From positions 16,607 to 80,606 of the forward strand of contig JBBQSO010000014.1 of NCBI GenBank assembly GCA_038213805.1: a stretch of DNA of 64,000 nt, given 5' to 3'. The notes beneath the pieces were generated by a model. The model worked only from the letters and a program-made list of their open reading frames with translations. It did not search any database and had not been told where the DNA came from. The translations under genes and the position numbers were made by a program. This DNA is from Planctomycetota bacterium (lineage in GTDB: Bacteria > Planctomycetota > UBA11346). Positions 9,238-18,452 of the stretch are shown piece by piece. Position 1 is the stretch's first letter; the number at the start of each line of letters is the position of its first letter.

Positions 9238-10691
9238 GGCGTGCAGACCCCGGCGTGGCGGCCGGTGGGGACGTCGACCAGGGCGCGCACCACGGTCTCA
9301 AGGCCGGCGGAGCGGCTGGCCTTGACCAGGATGGTGGTCGTGCCCGCCGCGAGGCGGCGCGCGATCAGCGGCAGCGCAGTCTCGCGATCAGCGGCGTGCT
9401 CGCCGTCGGGACCGCCGGCGGCGCGGTAGGCGTCGAGGATGGCGCGTGCGCGCTCCCCGACCGTGAGCAGGGGCAGGGCGAGGCGCGCGGCCTCCGCACC
9501 GACCTGGGCGTGGCCGGCGGCGCTGCCGTCGCCCAGTTCGCCCATGCCGCCCAGCACCGCCAGGCGGCGCCCGGCGTAGCCGGCCAGCACCTGCAGGCCG
9601 GCGGCCATGCTGCCGGGGTTGGCGTTGTAGCTGTCATCAAGGACCAGGTGCCCGCCACTGGCCGGGCGCGCGCGCAGGCGGCCCGAGACCGCAGTGATCG
9701 CACCCAGCGCGCGCAGCGCGGCATCGGCGGGCACGCCGGCCGCGACCGCGGTGCGCCAGGCGAGCGCCGCATTGGCGAGGTTGTGCGCGCCGAGCAGGGT
9801 GAGGTCGACGCTGCCGCTGGCGGTGCGCAGGGTGATGCCGGCGTCGCGCACGTCGCCCTCGACCGGCAACGCGCTGGAGCCGACCTCGAGCAGATGCCGA
9901 CCCGCGGCGCGCTCGCGTAGCGCGGCGAGCAGCACCGCGGCGTCCTGGCCGCCCGCGCGCGCCGCGGCCTCCAAGCCGTGCAGGCCGAGCAGCGCCGGCG
10001 CGCCAGCGGGCAACGCTGCGAACAGTTCGCCCTTGGCGCGCGCCACGCCAAGCAGTGAACCGAAGCCCTCAAGATGGGCTGGGCCGATGGCGGTGATGAC
10101 GCCGAGCTGCGGCTGGGCGATGGCGGCGAGCGCGGCGATCTCGCCGGGGTGGTTGGCGCCCAGCTCGATGACCGCGTGCGCCACCCCAGGCGGCGTGTTC
10201 AGCACCGTCACCGGCACGCCCAGGTGGTTGTTGAGATTGCCGCGCGTCGCGTGCACCGCGCCGCCCGCGCCGCAGGCCAGCGCGATCAGCTCCTTGACGG
10301 TGGTCTTGCCGTTCGAGCCGGTGACGCCGATCCAGGTCGCGCCCTGGTAGCGGCGGCGGAACTCCATGGCCAGGGCGGCAAGCGCCAGGGTGACGTCGGC
10401 GACCACCAGCACCGGCACCGGCACCGCCACCGGACGGGTGGCGAGGATCAACGCCGCGCCGTCCCCGACCGCGGTGGCGGCGAAGTCGTGGCCGTCGTGG
10501 CTGGCGCCGGGCAGGCAGGCGAAGAGGTTGCCGCGCCGCACCGCACGGCTGTCGATGCTCGCGCCGTGGACGACGACCTCGCGCGCCGCACCGTGCCACA
10601 CCCCGCCGGTCAGGCGCACCGCAACCTGCTGATCGAGCAGGAACGGAGCCGGGCGGGGAACGCTGGCGACGGGCAGGCGCGCGGAGGTCAT
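9234..10691 (-). CDS. murF: UDP-MurNAc-tripeptide--D-Ala-D-Ala ligase
   Basis: IDSR, DGHDF, GVTGSNGKTTVKE, GNLNNHLGVP, DDSYNANP and VKASR motifs. ATG 10691 overlaps the murE stop. Confidence 0.95.
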   Translation of the reverse strand: MTSARLPVASVPRPAPFLLDQQVAVRLTGGVWHGAAREVVVHGASIDSRAVRRGNLFACLPGASHDGHDFAATAVGDGAALILATRPVAVPVPVLVVADVTLALAALAMEFRRRYQGATWIGVTGSNGKTTVKELIALACGAGGAVHATRGNLNNHLGVPVTVLNTPPGVAHAVIELGANHPGEIAALAAIAQPQLGVITAIGPAHLEGFGSLLGVARAKGELFAALPAGAPALLGLHGLEAAARAGGQDAAVLLAALRERAAGRHLLEVGSSALPVEGDVRDAGITLRTASGSVDLTLLGAHNLANAALAWRTAVAAGVPADAALRALGAITAVSGRLRARPASGGHLVLDDSYNANPGSMAAGLQVLAGYAGRRLAVLGGMGELGDGSAAGHAQVGAEAARLALPLLTVGERARAILDAYRAAGGPDGEHAADRETALPLIARRLAAGTTTILVKASRSAGLETVVRALVDVPTGRHAGVCTP

Positions 10692-12298
10692 GGGCGGGTT
10701 GGCTCCGCACCGGCCGCCGGGTCGCCGCTGGCAACGATGCCGCCCTCGAGTCCGGCCACGAAGGCGCGGTCGTCCCACGGCAGCACGCGGTCCTTGATGA
10801 TCTGGCTGGTCTCGTGGCCCTTGCCCGCGACCACCACCACGCCCTCGGGCCCGGCCAAGGCGCGTGCCAGGCGGATGGCGCGCGCGCGGTCGAGCTCGAC
10901 CACCAGCAGGCGGCCATCGGGCATGCGCTTGCCATCCATCATCACCACCGGCGTGGCGCCAGGGGTGCGCAGCGCGGCGGCCAGGACCTGCAGATCGGCG
11001 CCGGCGCCACTCTCGGCCCAGAACACCTGGGTGCTCTGCGGCAGGCCGGCGATGACCTCCTCGGCGATGCTGCGCGGCTCCTCGCCGCGGCTGTTGTCGG
11101 TGGTCAGCACACCAAGGTCGGCCTCGAGCGCAGCGCAGCCCATCGGCCCGCGCTTGGTGCGGTCGCGGTCGCCGCCGCAGCCGTAGACGCACACCAGGCG
11201 GCGCTGCGGAAACTCGCGGCGCACCGCGCGCAGCATCACCGCGATCTCCTCCGGAGTGTGCGCGTAGTCGACGAAGGTGTCGGGGCCGTGCGCAAGCAGC
11301 TCAAGGCGGCCGGGCACCGCCGGCAGCGTGGCGAGGCGCGCCAGTGCGGTCGCCAGCGGCACGCCGGTGGCGCTAGCCATCAGCGCGCCAGCCGCCGCGT
11401 TCCAGGCGTTGAAGTCGCCGGGCAGGCGCACCGGCAGCGGGTAGTCGATGCCGGCGAAACGCAGCCGCCAACCGCGTTCGGCCTTGACGATGCGCGCCTC
11501 GCCCTTGGCGAAGCCCAGGGTCAGCACGCGCGCGCCCGCGGTCTGCGCGGCGTGGGCGACGGTGTGCGCGTGCGCGTCCTCGGCGTTGACGATCGCCAGG
11601 CCGCCCGGTGCCAGCCAGCGGAAGATGCGCAGCTTGGCCTGCAGGTAGGCGCCAAGCGTGCGGTGGTAGTCGAGGTGGTCCCGGCCCAGGCCGGTGAAAG
11701 CGACCGCGGCGAAGCGCAGCCCGGCGAGGCGCTGCTGGTCGCCGGCGTGCGACGAAGCCTCGAGCGCCACGCCCGGGCAGTCGCCGGGCAGCCCGGCGAG
11801 GAAGCGGTGCAGCTCTTCGGGCGGCGGCGTGGTCTGCGCGTTGGGGCGCTCGGCGGTGCCGTCATGCCAGCCGATGGTGCCGACGCGCGCGGCGCGCGTC
11901 TCGGCCCCGCCCATCGCCCACCACGCGCAGTGGGTGGTGGTCGACTTGCCCGCGGTGCCGGTGACCGCGACCAGCGGCGGGTGCGCCAGATCCAGACCGT
12001 GCGCCGCGGCGCTGGCGCGCGCGAAGGCCCAACGCGGGTGCGCGCTGCGCAGGCCCGGCCCCTCGTCCTCGAGTTCGGCGACGATCACCGCGGCGCCGGC
12101 GGCGTGCGCCTCGGCGCGGTGCCGGGCGCGTTCCGCGGTGCGGCCGCTCGCCACGTAGGCCTCGCCGGGGCGCACCGTGCGGCTGTCGCGCGCGATGCCG
12201 GCGAGCGCGGCCGGCAGCACGAGCGCGCCGCCGGCCGGCTGCGCGGTCAGCGCGGGCAGCAGGGCCTGACCAGCGAAGAGACGGGCGATGGGCATCAT
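10688..12298 (-). CDS. murE: UDP-MurNAc-dipeptide--diaminopimelate ligase
   Basis: VTGTAGKSTT, QTTP, EASSH, DHLDYH, VDYAHTP, GCGGDRDRTKR, DNSR and AGKGHE motifs. Confidence 0.95.
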   Translation of the reverse strand: MMPIARLFAGQALLPALTAQPAGGALVLPAALAGIARDSRTVRPGEAYVASGRTAERARHRAEAHAAGAAVIVAELEDEGPGLRSAHPRWAFARASAAAHGLDLAHPPLVAVTGTAGKSTTTHCAWWAMGGAETRAARVGTIGWHDGTAERPNAQTTPPPEELHRFLAGLPGDCPGVALEASSHAGDQQRLAGLRFAAVAFTGLGRDHLDYHRTLGAYLQAKLRIFRWLAPGGLAIVNAEDAHAHTVAHAAQTAGARVLTLGFAKGEARIVKAERGWRLRFAGIDYPLPVRLPGDFNAWNAAAGALMASATGVPLATALARLATLPAVPGRLELLAHGPDTFVDYAHTPEEIAVMLRAVRREFPQRRLVCVYGCGGDRDRTKRGPMGCAALEADLGVLTTDNSRGEEPRSIAEEVIAGLPQSTQVFWAESGAGADLQVLAAALRTPGATPVVMMDGKRMPDGRLLVVELDRARAIRLARALAGPEGVVVVAGKGHETSQIIKDRVLPWDDRAFVAGLEGGIVASGDPAAGAEPTRP

Positions 12299-14319
12299 CG
12301 GGCGGAATCTCCGGAGATGGTGACGGCGCGCGGGGCGGCGGAACTGGAGACGGTCAGCGGGGCGTCGGCGTCCTCGCGCGGCGCGGCAGGCGCGTGCGCG
12401 GCGGTCGGGCGCGCCGCGCCGCGGACGGGACGGGCGGATCGCGCCGGCGCGGCGCTGGCAGCGGCGACCGGTCGTGCAACCGCGGCAGCCGGAGCGGCCG
12501 GCGCACCGGCGACCGTGCTGGTACGGCCGGCCTTGGCGTCCTTCGCCGCGAGCTTCTCCTGCTCCGCCGCGACCAGGTCCGCACGCTTGGGCACGTGCAG
12601 ATATTCGAGCGATGCCTGCAGCGCCTTCTGCACCACCGGTGCGGCGGTCTCGGCGCCGTAGTGGCCGCCGCGGCTGGGGTCGTCGATCACCACCAGGCAC
12701 AGCAGTTCGGGCTCGACGTTCGGCTCGGCCGGGGCCCAGCACACGAACGAGCCGACGTGGTTGGCGTGCGAATAGTGGCCGCCGACCAGTTTCTCGGCGG
12801 TGCCGGTCTTGCCCGCGGCGGTGTAGCCGGAGAGCTCGGCTTTGCGCCCGGTGCCCTCGGTCATGGTGTGGGTCATCGCCTCCTGGATCTGCGCGGCGTC
12901 GTCGACACTGAAAGTGCGCCGGGCCGGGGGCAGCACCGGCAGCGGCAGCTCGCGGCCGCGCCCGTGCTCGTCGAGCGAATAGATGCGCCGCACCAGACGC
13001 GGCGGCAGCCACACCCCGTGGTTGGCGGTGGCGGCGTGGGCCATGGCCAGCTGCAGCGGCGTAACCGCGATCTCGTGGCCCATCGGGATCGACATGCACG
13101 AGCCGAGCACCGACCAGCGCGGGCGCGCCAGCACGATGCCGGCATCCTCGCCGGGCAGACAGATGCCGGTGCGGCGGCCGAAGCAGAAGGTGCCGACCCA
13201 GCGGAACAGGCGCTCGACGCCCAGGCGGATGCCGAGCTTGGCCATCAGGATGTTGTCGGACAAGGCGATGCCCTGGGTGACGGAGAGGTTGCCGTGGCCG
13301 CCGCTGCCGACGCTGTGGTCAGTGATGGTACGCACCGCCTTGCCTTCGCGGTGCGTCCAGCGCCCATGCTCGCAGAAGATGCTCTCGGCCCAGGTCGTCA
13401 GGCCCTCGGCCACGGTCGCGCCGGCGATCAGCGGCTTCATCGTCGAGCCCGGCTCGTAGACGAAGGCGATGACGTTGTCGCGCAAGGCGCGCGGCTGCAG
13501 CTTGGTCATGTCGGTCGGGTCGAAGGACGGATAGCTCGCCATCGCCACGATCTCGCCGGTGGTCGGGCGGACCATGATCGCCGCGGCGTTCGCGGGCCGG
13601 CTCTTCTCGACCTGCTCGAGCAGGGCCTGTTCGAGGATATGCTGCAGGGTGGCGTCGATGGTCAGCTGGACGTGCGCGCCGCCCTGGGCGGGCACGCTTT
13701 CGGCGTCGGTCAGACTGGGCTTGCCGAGCGCGTCGATGGTCACGGTCTCGTGCCCGGGTACGCCGCCGAGCAGCGCGTTGCAGGTCTGCTCGAGGCCGGC
13801 GCCGCCACTGCCGTCGCTCTGCACGAAGCCGAGCACGTGCGCGGCGAGCGGCCTTTCCGGATAGCGGCGGGTGAACTCGCGGCGCACGTAGACGCCGGTC
13901 AGGTTGAGCTTGCGGATCTGCTCGGCGTGGTCGTCGTCGACGCCCTTGGCGAGCAGCCGACCGTTGCGCGGCGACTCGAACTGTTCGCGCAGATGGTCGC
14001 GCGGCAGGCCGAGCAGGCGCGCCAGCTCGACGGTCGCGCGCAGGCGGTCGTCCATGTACACCGGGTCGCAGCTGATCGTCCAGGTGCCGTCGCTGACCGC
14101 GAGCGGCGCACCCTGCGCGTCGTAGAAGTTGCCGCGCGCCGCGGGCAGCGTCCAGGTGCGGGTGCGCTGCTTCTCGCCCATCTGCGCGAGGTGCTCCGCC
14201 TGGTCGACCTGCAGGTGGTGCAAGCGCATCGTCACCAGTCCGAACAGCCCCGCGAACACCAGCAGGGCAAGGCCGGTGCGCCAGGGTTGTGCGGTGACAG
14301 GGACGAGCGCTTCGTTCAT
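12295..14319 (-). CDS. ftsI: Class B penicillin-binding protein (FtsI/PBP3) with an Ala/Pro-rich C-terminal tail
   Basis: N-terminal TM helix, RGNFYD, EPGSTMK (SxxK), SDN (SxN) and GKTGT (KTG). Confidence 0.95.
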   Translation of the reverse strand: MNEALVPVTAQPWRTGLALLVFAGLFGLVTMRLHHLQVDQAEHLAQMGEKQRTRTWTLPAARGNFYDAQGAPLAVSDGTWTISCDPVYMDDRLRATVELARLLGLPRDHLREQFESPRNGRLLAKGVDDDHAEQIRKLNLTGVYVRREFTRRYPERPLAAHVLGFVQSDGSGGAGLEQTCNALLGGVPGHETVTIDALGKPSLTDAESVPAQGGAHVQLTIDATLQHILEQALLEQVEKSRPANAAAIMVRPTTGEIVAMASYPSFDPTDMTKLQPRALRDNVIAFVYEPGSTMKPLIAGATVAEGLTTWAESIFCEHGRWTHREGKAVRTITDHSVGSGGHGNLSVTQGIALSDNILMAKLGIRLGVERLFRWVGTFCFGRRTGICLPGEDAGIVLARPRWSVLGSCMSIPMGHEIAVTPLQLAMAHAATANHGVWLPPRLVRRIYSLDEHGRGRELPLPVLPPARRTFSVDDAAQIQEAMTHTMTEGTGRKAELSGYTAAGKTGTAEKLVGGHYSHANHVGSFVCWAPAEPNVEPELLCLVVIDDPSRGGHYGAETAAPVVQKALQASLEYLHVPKRADLVAAEQEKLAAKDAKAGRTSTVAGAPAAPAAAVARPVAAASAAPARSARPVRGAARPTAAHAPAAPREDADAPLTVSSSAAPRAVTISGDSAR

Positions 14320-14335
14320 CAGGGGGTCGGCGGGG

Positions 14336-14641
14336 TCAGCGGACGGCGAGCGGGGCGGCGGCGCGGTCGCGCGCAGCGGTGGGTTCCGGACCGGTGAGCG
14401 GCAGCTCGATACGGCGCGCGATGTCCTCGAGCGCGGTCGGGCTGGCCGCCTGGTCGAGGACCGCGCGCAGGCGCTCCTGCTTGTAGGCGAGGTCGGTGCG
14501 CGCCTTGAAGTCGGCACCGCGCTGCTTGGCGAGCGCGGCCTGTTCGTTGCCGAGCAGCGCGACCTTGAGGGCGATGGCCAGGGCCAGGCTGATCCAGGCC
14601 ACCGCGACCAGGGCGTGCAGGAAGAGGTCGGGACGCTTCAT
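14336..14641 (-). CDS. ftsL: FtsL-like septum protein
   Basis: 101 aa with one TM helix followed by a coiled coil ending LEDIARRIEL; lies between rsmH and ftsI. Confidence 0.7.
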   Translation of the reverse strand: MKRPDLFLHALVAVAWISLALAIALKVALLGNEQAALAKQRGADFKARTDLAYKQERLRAVLDQAASPTALEDIARRIELPLTGPEPTAARDRAAAPLAVR

Positions 14642-15537
14642 GGGTGGGCTCCGGCGCGTTCAGCCCAGCGCAGCTTTGCGGGGGCGGAACGCGGGTTGGC
14701 GGACAGTTCGGCTGCACCGGCGGTGATCACGCGGCGCGCAGCGTCGGCATAGGTGCCGGCCTCGCGGCGATCGCGGAAGTCGGTCTTCACGGCGCGGTCT
14801 TCAAGGCTGTGGAAGCTGATCACCACCGCGCGCCCGCCCGGGGCGAGCAGCGCGGGCAGCGCGGCGAGCAGGCGGCCGAGCTGGCCGAGCTCGTCGTTCA
14901 CGGCGATGCGCAGGGCCTGGAAGGTGCGGCCCGCGGGATGGCGGTTATGGTGACCGGGCACCACGCGGCGGATCTCCTCCGCGAGCTCGGCGCCGGTGTG
15001 CAGGCGGCCTTCCGTGCGGCCGCGCTTGAGTGCGGCGGCGATGCGCCGGCTGAGGCGCTCTTCGCCGTATTGGTAGATGATGTCGGCGAGCTCGTCCTGG
15101 CCGAGCGCATCGATCAGCTCCAGCGCGCTGCGCGGGCAGCCGTCGCCCATGCGCATATCGGCCTGCGCGGCCGAGCGGATGGAGAAGCCCCGGTTGTCGT
15201 CGTCAAGTTGCATGCTCGAAACCCCGAGATCCGCCAACACGCCGTCGAAACGCTCCCCCTCCCTGACCAGCGCCTCCATGGCGTCGGCGAAGGTCCCGGC
15301 GCGCACGCTGAAGCGCGCCCCGTAGGCCGCGAGCCGCGTCGTCGCCAACGCGCGCGCCTGCGCATCGCGGTCCACTCCGTGGACCGTGGCCCCGCCTGCA
15401 AGCAGGGCCTCGCTGTGGCCACCCAGACCCAGGGTGCAGTCCAGCACCCGCCGGCCCGGCGCGGGGCGGAGGTGTTCGACCACCTCCGCGAGCAGCACCG
15501 GGATGTGACGCGCCGCGGCGTCGGTCGGCTCAGGCAC
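14638..15537 (-). CDS. rsmH: 16S rRNA m4C1402 methyltransferase
   Basis: HIPVLLAEV, DCTLGLGGHS, DLGVSSMQLD, FQALRIAVN, ISFHSLEDR and NPRS motifs. GTG start inferred. Confidence 0.96.
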   Translation of the reverse strand: MPEPTDAAARHIPVLLAEVVEHLRPAPGRRVLDCTLGLGGHSEALLAGGATVHGVDRDAQARALATTRLAAYGARFSVRAGTFADAMEALVREGERFDGVLADLGVSSMQLDDDNRGFSIRSAAQADMRMGDGCPRSALELIDALGQDELADIIYQYGEERLSRRIAAALKRGRTEGRLHTGAELAEEIRRVVPGHHNRHPAGRTFQALRIAVNDELGQLGRLLAALPALLAPGGRAVVISFHSLEDRAVKTDFRDRREAGTYADAARRVITAGAAELSANPRSAPAKLRWAERAGAHP

Positions 15538-15763
15538 CGACGGCCACGCGCGGCGCCGCCGCGGCCGCGTGGTCGACGGTCCGGCGCAAAAAAGCGAGGT
15601 AGGCACTGTCCTCGGCCACCGCCGGGCCGAGGCGCCGACGCAGGCAGGTAAGGCGCAGGGCGGCGAGTTCGAGGTCGCCCTGCAGGTCGGTGCCGCTGGC
15701 GGTGGAGTGCTCCACCGCGGCGTCGAGGGCGTGCAGCAGGCGACCGAGCGTGACATCGTGCAT
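15530..15763 (-). CDS. Small hypothetical helical protein (77 aa; up to 95 aa from ATG 15817) between mraZ and rsmH
   Basis: MHDVTLGRLLHALDAAVEHS...PRVAVGA. GGAG 6 nt upstream of ATG 15763; the stop overlaps the rsmH start; the ORF fills the mraZ-rsmH gap. Confidence 0.6.
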   Translation of the reverse strand: MHDVTLGRLLHALDAAVEHSTASGTDLQGDLELAALRLTCLRRRLGPAVAEDSAYLAFLRRTVDHAAAAAPRVAVGA

Positions 15764-15819
15764 GGCGGTCTCCATGGTCGTGACGGCGCAGATCCGGGCG
15801 GCGGGGGCGGGGCTCATGC

Positions 15820-16320
15820 CTAGATCATCAGGTAGGAGTTGAGGTCGGCGTTGTAGCTGGGGCCCGCATCGCGGCCCGACCAGGCGAGGTAGTCGGCGGG
15901 ATTCCACACCTGGATGGTGGTGTTGGTGCAGACGAAGAAGACGTCGCGCTCAAGGCCGAGGTAGCCGACCAGGTGGGCGGGCAGCACCACGCGGTGCTGG
16001 GCGTCGATCGCCATCGAGGCCATCTCGCCATTGAGCGCGGTGACCAGGTGCAGGCGCTGCTCGGGACTAAGCCGGGCATCGTCAAGGATGCGCTGCTCGC
16101 GGCGCTGGAGCTCCTTCTCGGTGAGCAGCAGAAGGATCGGGTAGACGCGATTTTCTGCATTTTTCCCGGCATTTCCCGCGCCGCCCACGGTCGGCATCGC
16201 GTGCTTCATGCCGCGCAGATGGTCCACGCCGGCCTCCTGCAGGAGGGCACGGGCCTCGCGCGGGATGGTCACCTGATTCTTCGGCGACAGACGTTGGGTT
16301 GGAAGCACGGCCAGCTCCAC
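15820..16320 (-). CDS. mraZ: MraZ transcriptional regulator (divergent)
   Basis: Two AbrB-like repeats, LSPKNQVTIPREAR and IDAQHRVVLPAHL, plus IQVWNP; first gene of the dcw cluster. Confidence 0.85.
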   Translation of the reverse strand: MELAVLPTQRLSPKNQVTIPREARALLQEAGVDHLRGMKHAMPTVGGAGNAGKNAENRVYPILLLLTEKELQRREQRILDDARLSPEQRLHLVTALNGEMASMAIDAQHRVVLPAHLVGYLGLERDVFFVCTNTTIQVWNPADYLAWSGRDAGPSYNADLNSYLMI

Positions 16321-16335
16321 TGGACTGGGATACTG

Positions 16336-16390
16336 CTAATAGGCTCTACTCTATGCAACCGGAAACTACTTCCTGCAACTGGCAATTACA
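16336..16390 (-). promoter_or_regulatory. Putative MraZ operator: pentamer boxes with an exact 10-bp period
   Basis: Plus-strand boxes CTAAT (16336), CTACT (16346), CAACC (16356), CTACT (16366), CAACT (16376) and TTACA (16386), read as about RGTWG on the mraZ strand, immediately upstream of mraZ. Confidence 0.7.
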
Positions 16391-16502
16391 GATGCCGTGC
16401 AGCGTGCAACCCGCATGCAGTGGGTCGGTTAGGACTCACGAAATGGCCACCTGCCATTCCGGGCCCGTTGCGCGCGCGCGTCACCGGCCACGCTGCGCGC
16501 CC

Positions 16503-16895
16503 ATGAGCCGCTATGACGATCTGGGTGGAGACGCGGTTCTGGAACCGCTGCTCGCCGACTTCTACGGGCGCATCGCCGGCAGCGCGATCGCCCCCCTCTT
16601 CCCACCGACCATGGATGAGACCCGCGCCAAGCAGGCCGCCTTCCAGAGCGAGTTCTGGGGCGGCCCTGCGCGCTATTCACCATGGCGCGGCCACCCCCGC
16701 CTGCGCGCCCGCCACCTGCCCTTTCCGATCGGCCCTGCCGAGGCCCGCGAATGGCTGCGCTGCATGCGCGAAGCCGTCGCGGCGAGCGCCATGCCGGAGG
16801 GACAGCGCGCGATGTTCTTGCTGCAAATGGAGCGCACGGCGGCGGCGATGATCAACCGCGGGGAGGAAGGGGATACGGGAGAGCTGAGACTTTAG
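16503..16895 (+). CDS. Group II truncated hemoglobin (GlbO-like)
   Basis: YDDLGG, DFYGRI, EFWGGPARY, GHPRLRARHLPFPI and WLRCM motifs. Confidence 0.93.
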   Translation: MSRYDDLGGDAVLEPLLADFYGRIAGSAIAPLFPPTMDETRAKQAAFQSEFWGGPARYSPWRGHPRLRARHLPFPIGPAEAREWLRCMREAVAASAMPEGQRAMFLLQMERTAAAMINRGEEGDTGELRL

Positions 16896-16924
16896 GCTCA
16901 CGCCCACGTTCCAGCGCATCGCTA

Positions 16925-17863
16925 TCAAGATTCCCCGACGTACTCCCGCGTCGCCGTCTGCAGCAGCCTCAACAGCACCTCCTGGCGGCTCGTCTCCCAC
17001 GCCTGAGCCTGGTCCTCGAGACTCAGCCCATCGCCCAGCAGCACCACCTCATCACCAGGCCGGTCACCCACCCCGAGTTCGACGAAGGCGGTCTGCATGC
17101 CGACTTCCAGCACCCATCGCCGCGTGCCCGCGACCTGGCACCAGCCGGTGCGCAGGCCATTGCTGTAGCCCATCGGGATGACCCCATGGCGGGTGGCGGC
17201 GAAGCCGGTGTAGCCCGCAGGGCCGCGGGTGTCACGGCACTCGGCGAGGCGCACCGCGATCCGCACAGCATCACGATAGAGCGCCAGCCCTGGACGCACC
17301 CCGTCGAGCCAGGCATCGGGCCGGTCGAGCAGGGCGGTGGCGGCGGCGTGCAGGCGCAGCCCGCGACCGCCGACTGCGGCGAGTAGGCGGGTGACGTGCT
17401 CGGGCCTGGTGGCATGGGTGAAGGCCTCGCTGCACCCGCCGGCGGCAAGCGCGGCCGTGACCTGATCAGCCGGGCAGGCGAAACGCTGCATGCCGGTATC
17501 GACGCACAGCACCGGCCCGGCGGCGCACAAGGTCGCCGCCTGGGTGGCGTCATGGACGGCCGGACGCACCCCGGCCATGCGGTAATCAGCCGCGGGGAGA
17601 TCCACCGGTGGACCCATCGCCAGCACCGGCAGAGCAGTCGCCGCATGGATGCCCGCGCTCGCCGCCTCGGCCAGGGTGAAGGTGGCGAACCCGGCGACGG
17701 TACCTGCCAGTGCGGCTACCACGCGCCCCGCCCCGCAGCCGTACGCGTCCGCCTTGACCACGGCGAACACCGGCACCCCGGTGCGGGCGACGATGGCGGC
17801 AGCGGCGGAACGGATGCGCCCGAGGTCGATGGTGGCCGTGATCGCCGGCGTGCGGAAGGTCAT
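16925..17863 (-). CDS. alr: Alanine racemase family PLP enzyme (short, divergent)
   Basis: IDLGRI, AVVKADAYGCG (PLP lysine), VDTGMQR, VRPGLALY, GY and GYSNG motifs. Confidence 0.85.
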   Translation of the reverse strand: MTFRTPAITATIDLGRIRSAAAAIVARTGVPVFAVVKADAYGCGAGRVVAALAGTVAGFATFTLAEAASAGIHAATALPVLAMGPPVDLPAADYRMAGVRPAVHDATQAATLCAAGPVLCVDTGMQRFACPADQVTAALAAGGCSEAFTHATRPEHVTRLLAAVGGRGLRLHAAATALLDRPDAWLDGVRPGLALYRDAVRIAVRLAECRDTRGPAGYTGFAATRHGVIPMGYSNGLRTGWCQVAGTRRWVLEVGMQTAFVELGVGDRPGDEVVLLGDGLSLEDQAQAWETSRQEVLLRLLQTATREYVGES

Positions 17864-17873
17864 CTCGCCCGGC

Positions 17874-18368
17874 TTACGGATGAGCGGCCAGCTTCTGCAG
17901 CCACTCCCCACTCAACCGGTAGGTGGTCCAGGCGCTCGTCGGAGTCGCCCCAAGCGTCTCGAAGAACTCGATCGCTATCGTATTCCAGAGCAGCACGGTG
18001 AACTCGACGCGACCGTAGGCGCGCTCAACCGCCGTGCGCGCAATGAAGCGTAGGATGCCAGTAGCGATACCGCGATTACGGTACTCTTCTTTCACGAAAA
18101 TATCTTCCAAGTACAGACCACGACGGGCGTTGAACGTCGAGTAAGTCTGGAAGAACACGGCCATGCCCACGGGCACGCCATCCAGGAAAGCGAGCACGGG
18201 TTCGATGACTTTGTCCGGCCGACCGAGCTCACTTTTCAGCGACTCCATCGTCGAATGGTTGGGGAGGCGCTCAAAAGCCGCGAAGGCTGCGACCATGTCA
18301 TTGAGGACGGCCGCGTCATCGAGAGTGGCCATGCGCACGACCAGTCCGGGGACGTCCTTCTTGACCAC
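17874..18368 (-). CDS. GNAT N-acetyltransferase (diamine acetyltransferase-like)
   Basis: YSTFNARRGLYLEDIFVKEEYRNRGIA and VLLWNTIAIEFF. AGGAG upstream of GTG 18368. Confidence 0.92.
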   Translation of the reverse strand: MVKKDVPGLVVRMATLDDAAVLNDMVAAFAAFERLPNHSTMESLKSELGRPDKVIEPVLAFLDGVPVGMAVFFQTYSTFNARRGLYLEDIFVKEEYRNRGIATGILRFIARTAVERAYGRVEFTVLLWNTIAIEFFETLGATPTSAWTTYRLSGEWLQKLAAHP

Positions 18369-18452
18369 CTGCCGCTCCTGGTAGGCCGGGAGTAGAGCCA
18401 CGCATGGGGGGGCGTCAAGCTGCGGAATGCAGCAGTGGACGCTTCGCGCCCG

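Noticed and set aside
10688..12298. MurE DNSR instead of DNPR as a sign of changed amino-acid specificity
   Set aside because: The Arg associated with meso-DAP recognition is retained, so the single substitution is weak evidence.
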